Shown piece by piece: positions 30,601-37,620 of a stretch of 42,011 nt of DNA (positions are counted from its first letter, which is position 1; every line of letters begins with the position of its first letter). The position numbers were made by a program, and so were the translations under genes. This DNA is from a virus, in the IMG/VR virus record IMGVR_UViG_3300029558_000018; one strand, given 5' to 3'. The notes below the pieces were generated by a model. It saw nothing but the letters and a program-made list of their open reading frames with translations, had not been told where the DNA came from and did no database searches.

Positions 30601-30958
30601 TGGATTTTGCAGCCTTCGCCGCTTTCTTCGCCGCATACTGCTGCGCCTTTTGCTGCTGCTGGTACAAATCGTTTGCCGCGTCAAACTTTGCCTGCGCCAG
30701 TTTCATCTGCCGGTTCAAAATATCGTTGTTCAAACTGTTTTCAAGGTTTGCACCCTGCACAATGTTGTTCAGCGTCTCGGTGTAGCTGTTATGCAGCACA
30801 GGCAGCGTCTTGTCAGTGGCGTTCATGATGGCACTGCCCTGCTGCTGTGCTTTCCTCGTTGTGCTGCGGCCAGTGCTAACATTGCTGGCCTGCGCCGTCT
30901 GGTATCGGTTCAAATACGCATTCAGCAGCGCATCTTCACGACCATTCACTTTCGCCAT
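24671..30958 (-). CDS. Giant (2,095 aa) virion-associated protein, possibly an internal/ejected polyvalent protein
   Basis: Single uninterrupted ORF. The N-terminal ~350 aa are Q/A/K/S-rich and low complexity. Large globular regions follow. An EF-hand-like loop DTNGNGKVDKGE lies near the C-terminus (24770-24805). Confidence 0.8.
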   Translation of the reverse strand: MAKVNGREDALLNAYLNRYQTAQASNVSTGRSTTRKAQQQGSAIMNATDKTLPVLHNSYTETLNNIVQGANLENSLNNDILNRQMKLAQAKFDAANDLYQQQQKAQQYAAKKAAKAAKSSRKSSGKGGSTTGTGGDTESAASLDALFGEDSAASTADTERNKGGNYDPKRTNAERNASARARYNDSKQEKSDIKYRAQQKAERTAQLLKDKQTSANAGANKDKPIGNSYAERQSAAQPAQSRAVTRGGKVIGSSYAAAGSAPSASEAQAAKDKRNDYKSRQEDIAVALKKLQSDANYRAELAAPGRKLTSAEVAAVNQYEKSTKNTGFSGLKRVFETAANKDGLSQEDYAKKTAAMNAALNQNSALRGKAQMNGAGQTAQAFTAGLYDSVPFLTKSVDKLAEIANATGAELPQLSNAIEGAKSYDPLAAAAGTLVGKGMQYKLFNTAMEGTPLAQAMGKAGNVVVGQAQKIPVLGDVLGAGAGDALGRILTDTTADLALDTLPSLVNDVSEGKSAGEIAGNTAKNIAGNVAMNALPEIGGALFNRLKGTAGDAAQDALKQADNAVQDVQSAAPARNIVQPEANGTTGLAAQIQQMNTPDAANRSALNTLDELRGQVNLNGAQEKEAEQLRRAVLQRQQEIDDEAKLALQNTDSLPIDAQRAAGYNEVNGGVQNDNLGAGVRADVPLNADTGAGYEPQPGGVGSGLAGQTGTAGLGSTADGNGRGVQGPDAPDAGAVAEWAKSITGKDRRSVYTRRIEDLYGKLQSGATRESMADEAKDIATGIVKESGFAEPVDEATATLRDYFKSTPIRLDEQAAGDILYTSGLKNIQQYNFQNGTNFSTTSGLPYDTALMELADMGTGVNGSGVDDLLSAVAASNRGALVDTDQAAATADYYRDMILDGPTGRQAGTEDFADWLEVQGFDSNMPDYTRRVYDRMFGGTDTADAAASLQDSMAQSVAARPLNGSESVPANAVGAESTQYNRREVLNQDYANQRVMRGDMDEQTAAGIGIGEQTHTVYSRAEGRDTASQDFDVLVQQTGSVTEAGRTVADELNRKIQHGQWDASDVYAGSHAAEQLRQRLAELPEGSAEADVVKAQIANINRAISAGQSKAGQALVSGRYAQPDEYSGIRRFEQYTQNSVDRFANTRQGQQLHDIAQEVADTMNGPMDDEFTAFVHSQGVDTGDDVRDQLEYMAEQIQRMGRARNVNINEEQARAAAARLQAGGTVEDIYGAFARQALGIGDLSQEDLDYAVDTFRRISDMPDSRERYDLEMSVYGRMANYMPARGFADRLNNIRYLCMLGNSRTHIRNMMGNVMMGTVTRAKDNIAGVMQLALPQNERTKAVGTMLTADGRRMVNRARDYADNQMYSMLYQDGRWNIDTGLQAARNTYTTPVGRAIGRLSDINGGALEAEDNFFLRSAFGNSMASFLKARGYDSSIFDATDEHSRSVLRQAAAQALEDAREATFHEDNFLSTAFRNFSNDTRRHGPAGQIAYAVTEGILPFKKTPINIAKNALEYNPVGGAVEAIYRGATGQGATRVMDAAAKGVTGTAILGVGYLLAKNGMLTGGASGDDRADNYNEMLGDQNYAVKIPGKGTYTLDWASPSSVPLLIGAQIAKDQEDGGEFNLTQTLDRMRQITQPVLETTMLQGLNDTLDSVSYADSNDKLATLATSALGSFANQFVPTALGQVARTVDDTRRSSYGGGDTKTERDIGYNIRKMENKIPGLSMNNEPYIDQWGREEASLDGTDNSAKGMFLRGAYNMLSPGYVSAENITPVDEYLQGLYNGTNDSHVLPEKASSQITVDSEKYYMTPEEKTEYAKTSGQTAYDLIDELRQNSMFLQLPEDQQSALVQNAYKVAKTAGGVAAVGDGVSGVNAKEYEAYRDGGAEGFSQYVLMKNATDLVRDEKRETSSNDDATLNTVEKWNTLYSQFGDDAVSNFVDSTDDGSTVHNIRDLAGDKAVTAYMQAYSAVAKTLDDGQTPDKFTVGYGMQKYGLGGDDFARAYLAAYYKKDKNGKYPEKGGTYADKAGAEIYQSYGADALRDWVNYRATIPDTNGNGKVDKGEAVARLNEMDLTNEMRRAYLAKTNKQWGKKNPF

Positions 30959-30985
30959 AGCTCAAGACCTCCAAATTCCCTAAAA

Positions 30986-31062
30986 CCTTCCCCATCGGGG
31001 AAAGGTGGCCCCGCAAGGCCGGATGAGGGCAAACTTGATCCAGCTGCTCACTCACCCTGCAT
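30986..31062 (-). repeat. Composite three-hairpin element, copy 3
   Basis: H1 CCTTCCCC-atc-GGGGAAAGG (30986-31005, one bulged A). H2 GGCC-ccgcaa-GGCC (31007-31020). GGATGAGGG at 31021-31029. Weak H3 ATGAGGG/CCCTgCAT. Confidence 0.7.
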
Positions 31063-31065
31063 ACA

Positions 31066-31998
31066 TTACTCGTAACTGTACTCCCACTGCCCGGTAGTCG
31101 CGTTGAATCTCTGGCGAAGCTGCGGCATGCTGGCTGCCATGTTTGCGTAACCCTGCATCAGGCTGACAATATTGTTTGTGTTGTTTGCTGTAAGGTTCGC
31201 AAGGTTCGTCTGATACTGGCTCAAATCCGCTGCATCGCCGCTGGCACGCTGGTTTTCCAGCTGTGCCATGTTGTTTTGGTAGGTGTTTTCAAGGCTTGCC
31301 AGCTGGTTCTGTCGCTCGGTTTCCAGTGCGTTGCGGCTGTTGTTGTAGTTGTTCAGCATACCGGCTGTCGTGGTCTCGCTTGCACCGCCGTTAAGGCCCT
31401 GCGCCGCAAGCTGTTGGGCAAGGTTGCGCTCGCTCATCATCTTGTTGATGTACGCCTGCTGTAGGGCATTGTCTGTGGCGCGGTTCAGCTCGCCCTGCCC
31501 GTACTCGTAGTTGGCTTTCTGCTGTGCAGCACTGCGCTGGTAGGCTTCCTCACGCGCTCTGCGCTGCGCCTCCTGCGCGGCGCGCATCTGCTCTTCTGCC
31601 CTGCGCTGTGCATCTGCCGCCGCCTGCTGTGCGGCCTGCATCGCGCTCTGCATCTGGCTAATATAGCTGTTCATGTAGTCGTTGCTCTGTGCCGGCGCGC
31701 TGTAACCTGCCGCAGCGCTCCCGCCGCCAGAACTGCCGCCAGAACTGCCGACGGAGCCGCCGCCAGTGTAGCCGCCGCCAGTGTAGCCACCGCCAGCGCC
31801 GGGTTTCGGTGCTGTCTTAGCTTTCTGCCGGTTCAGTTCTGCGGCCTTCGCAGCGTTGACCATCGGATTAAAATTCGGATTTGTGTTCAACCGATGTATC
31901 GTTGTGCTTCCGTTCCCTCGGTTGGACAAAGCCGTGTAACTGGTCGTGCCGGGTTTCTGGTATATATCAGTCCTCTTTCCAAAAATCGGTTTCGGCAT
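31066..31998 (-). CDS. Low-complexity Q/N/A/G-rich virion protein (310 aa)
   Basis: GGGYTGGGYTGGGS tract and long Q/A/N-rich helical region. RBS GGAAGGGGTG. Confidence 0.65.
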   Translation of the reverse strand: MPKPIFGKRTDIYQKPGTTSYTALSNRGNGSTTIHRLNTNPNFNPMVNAAKAAELNRQKAKTAPKPGAGGGYTGGGYTGGGSVGSSGGSSGGGSAAAGYSAPAQSNDYMNSYISQMQSAMQAAQQAAADAQRRAEEQMRAAQEAQRRAREEAYQRSAAQQKANYEYGQGELNRATDNALQQAYINKMMSERNLAQQLAAQGLNGGASETTTAGMLNNYNNSRNALETERQNQLASLENTYQNNMAQLENQRASGDAADLSQYQTNLANLTANNTNNIVSLMQGYANMAASMPQLRQRFNATTGQWEYSYE

Positions 31999-32004
31999 AC
32001 TAAA

Positions 32005-32187
32005 TCACCCCTTCCGCTCGCTCTGTGTTCCAAAATAAAAGGCCACGACCATTGTAACAATGGTCATGACCGTGTCAGGCTGTAACTTGCTCTGCAATGC
32101 CATTACGGCAAAAACCGCAACAACCACAAGTGTCACAATGGTTTTTACCTTGAAAAGCGCGGCAATGTTTTTCAAAAAATCGCCCAT
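32005..32187 (-). CDS. Holin (small two-TM protein)
   Basis: MGDFLKNIAALFKVKTIVTLVVVAVFAVMAL...VMTIVTMVVAFYFG. RBS GAAGGTG. Adjacent to the endolysin. Confidence 0.65.
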   Translation of the reverse strand: MGDFLKNIAALFKVKTIVTLVVVAVFAVMALQSKLQPDTVMTIVTMVVAFYFGTQSERKG

Positions 32188-32203
32188 AGATATGCACCTT
32201 CTT

Positions 32204-32551
32204 TCAGCCAATCAAATGATTCTGCAAGGCTTCCTTTGCTTTCTGCATCTGGTCAATGTTGTTTCCATCCAGATTGTGGTCAAGAAGGGCAAGCAATGCC
32301 TGCATGGTCACATGCTGCCCCTCGTCCATGCGGTCAAGCCGCTGCTTGTCGTTTTTCAAGAATCCCTCCATGGCGTTCACCCGCTCTTCAAGCTTGGTAA
32401 TGCGTTTGTCCTGGTCGGTCTTCGGCTTTTTTACTGCGGTGATGACTTTGCTGATGGCCACTCCCCCAGCATACAGCCCGGCAGCAGCGCCCGCCGCGTA
32501 AATCAAAAACGCCCAGGCCTCCGCAAGTGTAAATGAGAATACATGCTGCAA
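32204..32551 (-). CDS. Holin-like / lysis accessory protein (N-terminal TM + coiled coil)
   Basis: TTG start after GGAGGTG. TM segment AWAFLIYAAGAAAGLYAGGVAI followed by a helical region. Confidence 0.55.
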   Translation of the reverse strand: MQHVFSFTLAEAWAFLIYAAGAAAGLYAGGVAISKVITAVKKPKTDQDKRITKLEERVNAMEGFLKNDKQRLDRMDEGQHVTMQALLALLDHNLDGNNIDQMQKAKEALQNHLIG

Positions 32552-32555
32552 CGGC

Positions 32556-33818
32556 TCACACCTCCGCCCATTCAGATTTGTACAGTCCAGCGTTTGTCAG
32601 GCCGCGTTCCTTGCACAGCAAGTAGATTGCATCTGCGTCTCCCTGCGTCACCGGCCCAATGGTAATCACTTGTAGCTTGTTTGCAGGCTTGTCCACCGTA
32701 GGCAGGGCCTTGACCAGATGGTTCAAATCAACCACGTCAGTGATGCCCGGCACGCTTCCCTTCGCGGCCTGGCCGTACTGGTGGATGTAGCGCGGCAGCG
32801 TCTTGTCGTAGTTCGTGCGCGTGTCGGCAAGCCAGCCGATGTAGTCTTCACACAGGTAGGTGTAGTCGATGTTCGCGGTTGCGAATGACGTGAAGGTATA
32901 GATGCCTGCCGTGAATCCGTGCGCTTTGGCCTTTTCGCAAAATGCCATTGCGATTGCCGTGCGCTGGTCTTTCGTCAGGTTGTCCGCACGGCCATCGTGG
33001 ACGCCGGTCTTGGTTGTGTGTCCCCATTCGCTGTCGAAGAACAAGGGATAGCCTGTCGGCGCAAGGCTTGCGCAGAAGTCTGCCTCCTCCCGGGCCTCAT
33101 CCACCGTGATGGCCTGCGAGAAGAAGTAAAAGCCGAACAGCTTTCCGCTTGCTTTAGCCCCGGCAAGGTTGGCATCGTACTGCTCGTCCTTCATCAGCTT
33201 TCCGCTGCCGTAGCCGCGATAACCGATGCGAACAATGGCACGGTATTGAACCTTTGCCCAGTCAATAGCACCCTGATGGTGGGACACATCAATCAGCACT
33301 TCTTCGCCACTTGTCTGCGCAGGCTGGTCGCCGTATGTGCCCGCCTTGTTGGGTATGCCTGCATACGCAGTCGAGTCAAGGCCCTTGCTCGTGGCAGTGG
33401 CTCGCACTTCAAAGTGGCAGTGCGTCCATGTGCCTGCGGCGTTGCCAGTCTGTCCGACAACCGCCAGCACATCGCCGGTCTTTACTTTCTGCCCTACGCT
33501 CGCAAGCAACTTGGAGCAGTGGCAAAAATACAGGTAATTCACTGCATCCGGGGTCTGGTTTGCGTCCAGCTTCACGCAGATATAATAGCCCCATTCCCAT
33601 GTCTTATTGCTCTTGTTCGTCACGATGCGGGCTGTAACAACGGTTCCTGCAATGCTCTTGCCGTTGTAGCCGGGCATGCGGATTTTGTCGTCATCCAACC
33701 CGCAAACGTCAATGCCGCCGTGCCAAGTCTTGCCACCGCCGCGCGTGTAACCGTAGCAGCTGTACGGGTACTTCACGAGATTTCTCCCGTTAAAAATCAT
33801 GGTATCACTTCCTATCAT
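32556..33818 (-). CDS. Bifunctional endolysin: M23 peptidase + GH25 muramidase
   Basis: M23 motifs WHGGIDV (HxxxD) and THCHFEV (HxH). GH25 motif IDVSHHQGAIDWAKV. About 60 aa of C-terminal extension follow. Confidence 0.88.
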   Translation of the reverse strand: MIGSDTMIFNGRNLVKYPYSCYGYTRGGGKTWHGGIDVCGLDDDKIRMPGYNGKSIAGTVVTARIVTNKSNKTWEWGYYICVKLDANQTPDAVNYLYFCHCSKLLASVGQKVKTGDVLAVVGQTGNAAGTWTHCHFEVRATATSKGLDSTAYAGIPNKAGTYGDQPAQTSGEEVLIDVSHHQGAIDWAKVQYRAIVRIGYRGYGSGKLMKDEQYDANLAGAKASGKLFGFYFFSQAITVDEAREEADFCASLAPTGYPLFFDSEWGHTTKTGVHDGRADNLTKDQRTAIAMAFCEKAKAHGFTAGIYTFTSFATANIDYTYLCEDYIGWLADTRTNYDKTLPRYIHQYGQAAKGSVPGITDVVDLNHLVKALPTVDKPANKLQVITIGPVTQGDADAIYLLCKERGLTNAGLYKSEWAEV

Positions 33819-34081
33819 TCGTCGGTGGTATTTTCAGCGCCGTCAACCTCCGGCACATCCGGCGTCTCCGTAACCTCGTCTGCGCTCTCTCTCGCATCCA
33901 CCGCATCGTAGTATTCTTGCGCCAGCGTCTCTACCTCGGCAATGTCATCTTCGGTCAGCAGGCCGTTGTCGTAGTGCGTGTACGCCTTGTCCAGCCAAAA
34001 GGCAACATCGCGTCCTGCTGCAATCTCTCGCTTGATACTGCGCAGGGTCAAATCGTGCCGTGCTTTACTCTTAATAGCCAT
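33815..34081 (-). CDS. Small acidic hypothetical protein
   Basis: The ATG at 34081 follows AAAGGAG. ATGA overlap with the endolysin start. Confidence 0.5.
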   Translation of the reverse strand: MAIKSKARHDLTLRSIKREIAAGRDVAFWLDKAYTHYDNGLLTEDDIAEVETLAQEYYDAVDARESADEVTETPDVPEVDGAENTTDE

Positions 34082-34095
34082 TGTGATTTCTCCTT

Positions 34096-36576
34096 TCATG
34101 TTTGAGATGCAACAGCATCTTCCAAATCGGTAATGCGTTTAATGGGGTCTGCGCGTCCCGTCACAGTCGCGCTGTCGGCATCGGTCAGCACGGTGTTAGT
34201 GCCGCTTAACGCTGGCAACGGCTGTGCGCCTGTCGCAGTGAACGGCACAGGCTTTGCCAGCTCGTACACAAGTTTTGCATTTATTGATGCAAGGTATTCC
34301 TTGGCCGCTTCTTCATTGTTCGCGTCGGTTTCTTTTAATCTTATGTAAAATGTAGACGCATTTGCCTTCATAATTCCGATTTTTGTCGCATTATTAAACG
34401 TAGCAGTGTCTTGAGGCAACGAACTTGTGAAATAACCAGCACGTCCTGGCGTTGTATAAATATTATTAAGATTTGCAACCAAAGAAAAATTGGCAATACC
34501 ATGCTGGTTTATTCCGTACAACGAAATGTTTGCGTTAGCTAAATCAATAATTTTCCACGTTTCTTGCCCTTCACCACTCGCCGCGTCCACCTCACCGCCA
34601 TACACGGTTTCGGGCAGGGTCAGGGTGTTGGTCTGCCCGGTGTATGGTGTGTAGGTGGTGGGGGCGGTGGTGCCAAGCGTGATTGTTACGTTGGATATCT
34701 TGCCCTCTCCTAGAGTACCATTTGGTGCGCCATCTATTGCATCGCCCCTTCCGCAAGCGTAAAAATATGCCGTTGCTACGCGTCCTTTGTGCTGTGGAGT
34801 TATAACAAATGTTTCTGTAATTTTTCTTACCGACGGCAACTTTTCGGCTTTTGTTATCGTCTCACCCTCGGTTACAATACACGGCGTACCGTCATCAAAT
34901 TTGGAGTTAATCCTAAAAGCGTTACTTTCCGCTGTATCAGATGTGTAGTGATCATAAAATTTTTCCAAGGTGAATGTAAAGTCTAAAACGTATGTGCCAA
35001 CAGGTAATTTATTCAATACATCTAATAGGTCTTCATAAGTTGATGCCCAGCCCACACCATCGAGACCTTCCGTTGTGCTTAGGTTCTCCCCGCACCTTGT
35101 CACCGTCACTCTGTCACGTCCCTTGATGGGACGAATGTTTTCGGGGCTTGGTGTTCCGCTCCCTTCCTGCATTGGTTCCCACTTCGCTTTCACGCCCAGC
35201 GGGTATCCCGCCACAGGGTAGCACACAACAGGGTTGCCGCTTTCTTCCAGCGGTGGGCAGAGCATATCAATGATGTGCTTGCTGCTCCACGGCTTGTCGC
35301 CAATGGCGCTGTTATCGGGCGTGATATTTGCCACCTGCTGTTTCAGCGTAGCAATATCATTCACTGCTGTCGTGTAATCTTCTGGCAAGCTATCGGCAAC
35401 GTCCTGTGCCTTTTTCGCACTTGCGGCAGCGTTTACCTCGCTGGTTGCCGCAGCTGTTTTACTTTCCAGTGCTGCCTGTGCGGATTTTGCCGCGGCCTGT
35501 TCACTCGCCTTTGCAGCACGTTCACTTTCAGCTGCTTTCATTTCCGATGCCCCTGCTGCCTGTTCACTTCCCGCCGCAGCGCTTGCAGAATTTCCCGCCG
35601 CAGCTTTTGACCCCGCCGCGTTTTCCGCGCTTGCATTAGCAGCCGTTGCCGCGCCGCTTGCTGTTTGCATGTAACCCTGTGCATCACTGGCGGACTTTGC
35701 CGCCGCCGTTTTCTGCGCTTCCGCCTGTGCGGCACTGCCTGCAGCGGCAACAGCGCTCGCCGCAGCGGCCTTCTCACTGGCGGCAGCAGCGGCCTGCTTA
35801 TTTGCAACATCAGTCTGCATCTTCTCGATAGTAGCGATGTTTGCAGCTACACTCTCGTCCGCCGCTTTCTTCGCCGCACTGGCGGCATTCTTAGCACTTT
35901 CTGCGGCGTTGCCCTCACTTGTTGCAGCTGCCGCCGCACTGCTCGCTGCCGCTCTCTCGCTGGCGTTGGCGTTGCCCTCGCTTACCGCTGCCGCATCCGC
36001 ACTGGTTTTTGCCTTGTCCTCACTGTTTTTTGCTGCAATTTTGCTGGCCGCAGCTGCGTCTTCACTGGCCTTCGCGGCACGCATGGCGGCCTGCGCATCT
36101 TCGCTGGCCGCCTCTGCGTCCTCTGCCCGCGCTTCAGCTTTTGTGGCTGCTTCATACGCACCGTCCCGGTATTCCTTGTTCTCGGTCACAAACTGGTTCC
36201 AGCGGTCATCTGTCGGCACAGGGTCGCTGTCCGTGATCTCGCTGTGGTTCGTGACCTTGTAGTTCAGGTTTGCGGAAATGCGGCGCTGGTTGTTCATGCT
36301 GCCTTCAAAGACAATGCGCCCGGCAAACGTGTTTTCCTTCGTTGCTTCCCACGGCACATCCGCATAGCCGTTTTTGCCAACCAGTGCCTTGCCAACGACT
36401 TCGCCCTTCACGTTGAAGAACGCCGTAATGGTCAAATCCTGCCATGCTGCGTCCAGTGTAAGGTGCAGCTTTTCAATGCCGTAGCTGCCCCATGTGCCCA
36501 AATCCAGCATGCCGCCGGTGGAAGTAGCTTTGTACCCGGCAAGGCTGATTTCATGAATAATTGTGTTCTCCGCCAT
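34096..36576 (-). CDS. Tail fibre protein with an Ala-rich repeat shaft and a mosaic C-terminal domain
   Basis: The ATG at 36576 follows AAGAGGTG. About 300 aa are A/S/E/K-rich repeats (AAxSExxAxxSA...). The C-terminal third has two low-GC patches. Confidence 0.75.
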   Translation of the reverse strand: MAENTIIHEISLAGYKATSTGGMLDLGTWGSYGIEKLHLTLDAAWQDLTITAFFNVKGEVVGKALVGKNGYADVPWEATKENTFAGRIVFEGSMNNQRRISANLNYKVTNHSEITDSDPVPTDDRWNQFVTENKEYRDGAYEAATKAEARAEDAEAASEDAQAAMRAAKASEDAAAASKIAAKNSEDKAKTSADAAAVSEGNANASERAAASSAAAAATSEGNAAESAKNAASAAKKAADESVAANIATIEKMQTDVANKQAAAAASEKAAAASAVAAAGSAAQAEAQKTAAAKSASDAQGYMQTASGAATAANASAENAAGSKAAAGNSASAAAGSEQAAGASEMKAAESERAAKASEQAAAKSAQAALESKTAAATSEVNAAASAKKAQDVADSLPEDYTTAVNDIATLKQQVANITPDNSAIGDKPWSSKHIIDMLCPPLEESGNPVVCYPVAGYPLGVKAKWEPMQEGSGTPSPENIRPIKGRDRVTVTRCGENLSTTEGLDGVGWASTYEDLLDVLNKLPVGTYVLDFTFTLEKFYDHYTSDTAESNAFRINSKFDDGTPCIVTEGETITKAEKLPSVRKITETFVITPQHKGRVATAYFYACGRGDAIDGAPNGTLGEGKISNVTITLGTTAPTTYTPYTGQTNTLTLPETVYGGEVDAASGEGQETWKIIDLANANISLYGINQHGIANFSLVANLNNIYTTPGRAGYFTSSLPQDTATFNNATKIGIMKANASTFYIRLKETDANNEEAAKEYLASINAKLVYELAKPVPFTATGAQPLPALSGTNTVLTDADSATVTGRADPIKRITDLEDAVASQT

Positions 36577-36590
36577 GATTTCACCTCTTA

Positions 36591-37616
36591 TCAATAATAA
36601 GCAAGAACAAAGCGAACGCTCGTACTCGTATTGGCTGCACATTGCGCCCAATACTGGCTCCCGCTGTTTATGCCCACGCCCTGTAAAATGTTGTCAGGAC
36701 TAGACGGATTCGATGCATATTGAATGCCAACCAGTGTACCGCCACTGAAATTGAAGAGGTTTTGCCCTCCACCGCAGCTTTGCCATACCTCTGTGGTTTT
36801 AATACCTCTCGCAACGACAATCCCGCTCCCATTATGGTAGCCGGAAGGGACGGTTGCCACGCCTCCGGGGGATAGCGTTGCCCCCCAGCTGCCCCGGTTT
36901 GGCATGCTACCCGCCACGATGCTGTGTGCGTCATTGGCATAGCCACTGCTCCCCGCCAGCATCTTGTCTGCGGTTACATTGCCTGTCAGCGTGAGCGTGC
37001 CCTCTTTGATAGTCTTGCTGCCCGCGTAGAACCTATTCCCTGCCAGCACATTGTCCTCGGTGGCGGTGGCCTGTGCCAGCTTGGACGCGCTTAAACCACC
37101 GCCGCCGTTAAAATCCAGTCGGTTCCCGTCATAGGTAAACAGCACCCATCGCCCGGCAACGATCGTATCTCCGTCCACAGTATCGGCGCCGCAGTAGGCA
37201 GGAACCGCATTCCCATTTACGGAGAATGTGTCTCCGCTCACCCAGTCCGCAGGTATCTTGCATCTGCCAACAGATCCAACGCCTGTCATGGTATAAACCG
37301 TGCCCGCTTTTGTACAGCTCCACGGCTGCACGGTAACGCTTACCCCATTGCTACCCGGGTCGTACACCGATTTTGCCATGTCACCGGCACCGATTTCAAA
37401 CACCTTTTCGTTCAGCTTTCTGTCGGCTTCCTCTTTGGTGTATCGGTCATTTACGGCAGTCTCCACCTGCCCGGAAAGCTCGTTAAAGGCAGGCACAATG
37501 ACCTCGCGGGAAAGCTCGTCTAAAATGCGCTGCATCTCTGCTGTCGATACGCCCGGTATATCAGGCCTGCCAATGTTCCCTTTTCCGGCAAGGTCGGTCT
37601 CTGTGATTTTTCTCAT
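36591..37616 (-). CDS. Tail fibre/spike-like protein (341 aa)
   Basis: The N-terminus MRKITETDLAGKGNIGRPDIPGVSTAEMQRILDEL resembles N-termini of Firmicutes phage fibre proteins as I recall them. Gly-rich beta region. Confidence 0.55.
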   Translation of the reverse strand: MRKITETDLAGKGNIGRPDIPGVSTAEMQRILDELSREVIVPAFNELSGQVETAVNDRYTKEEADRKLNEKVFEIGAGDMAKSVYDPGSNGVSVTVQPWSCTKAGTVYTMTGVGSVGRCKIPADWVSGDTFSVNGNAVPAYCGADTVDGDTIVAGRWVLFTYDGNRLDFNGGGGLSASKLAQATATEDNVLAGNRFYAGSKTIKEGTLTLTGNVTADKMLAGSSGYANDAHSIVAGSMPNRGSWGATLSPGGVATVPSGYHNGSGIVVARGIKTTEVWQSCGGGQNLFNFSGGTLVGIQYASNPSSPDNILQGVGINSGSQYWAQCAANTSTSVRFVLAYY

Positions 37617-37620
37617 GGTA

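Noticed and set aside
24671-30958. Tape measure protein of a long-tailed phage
   Set aside because: No major tail, tail-tube, sheath or frameshifted chaperone genes are nearby. The gene follows the lysis cassette. This rejection is provisional because it rests on context only.
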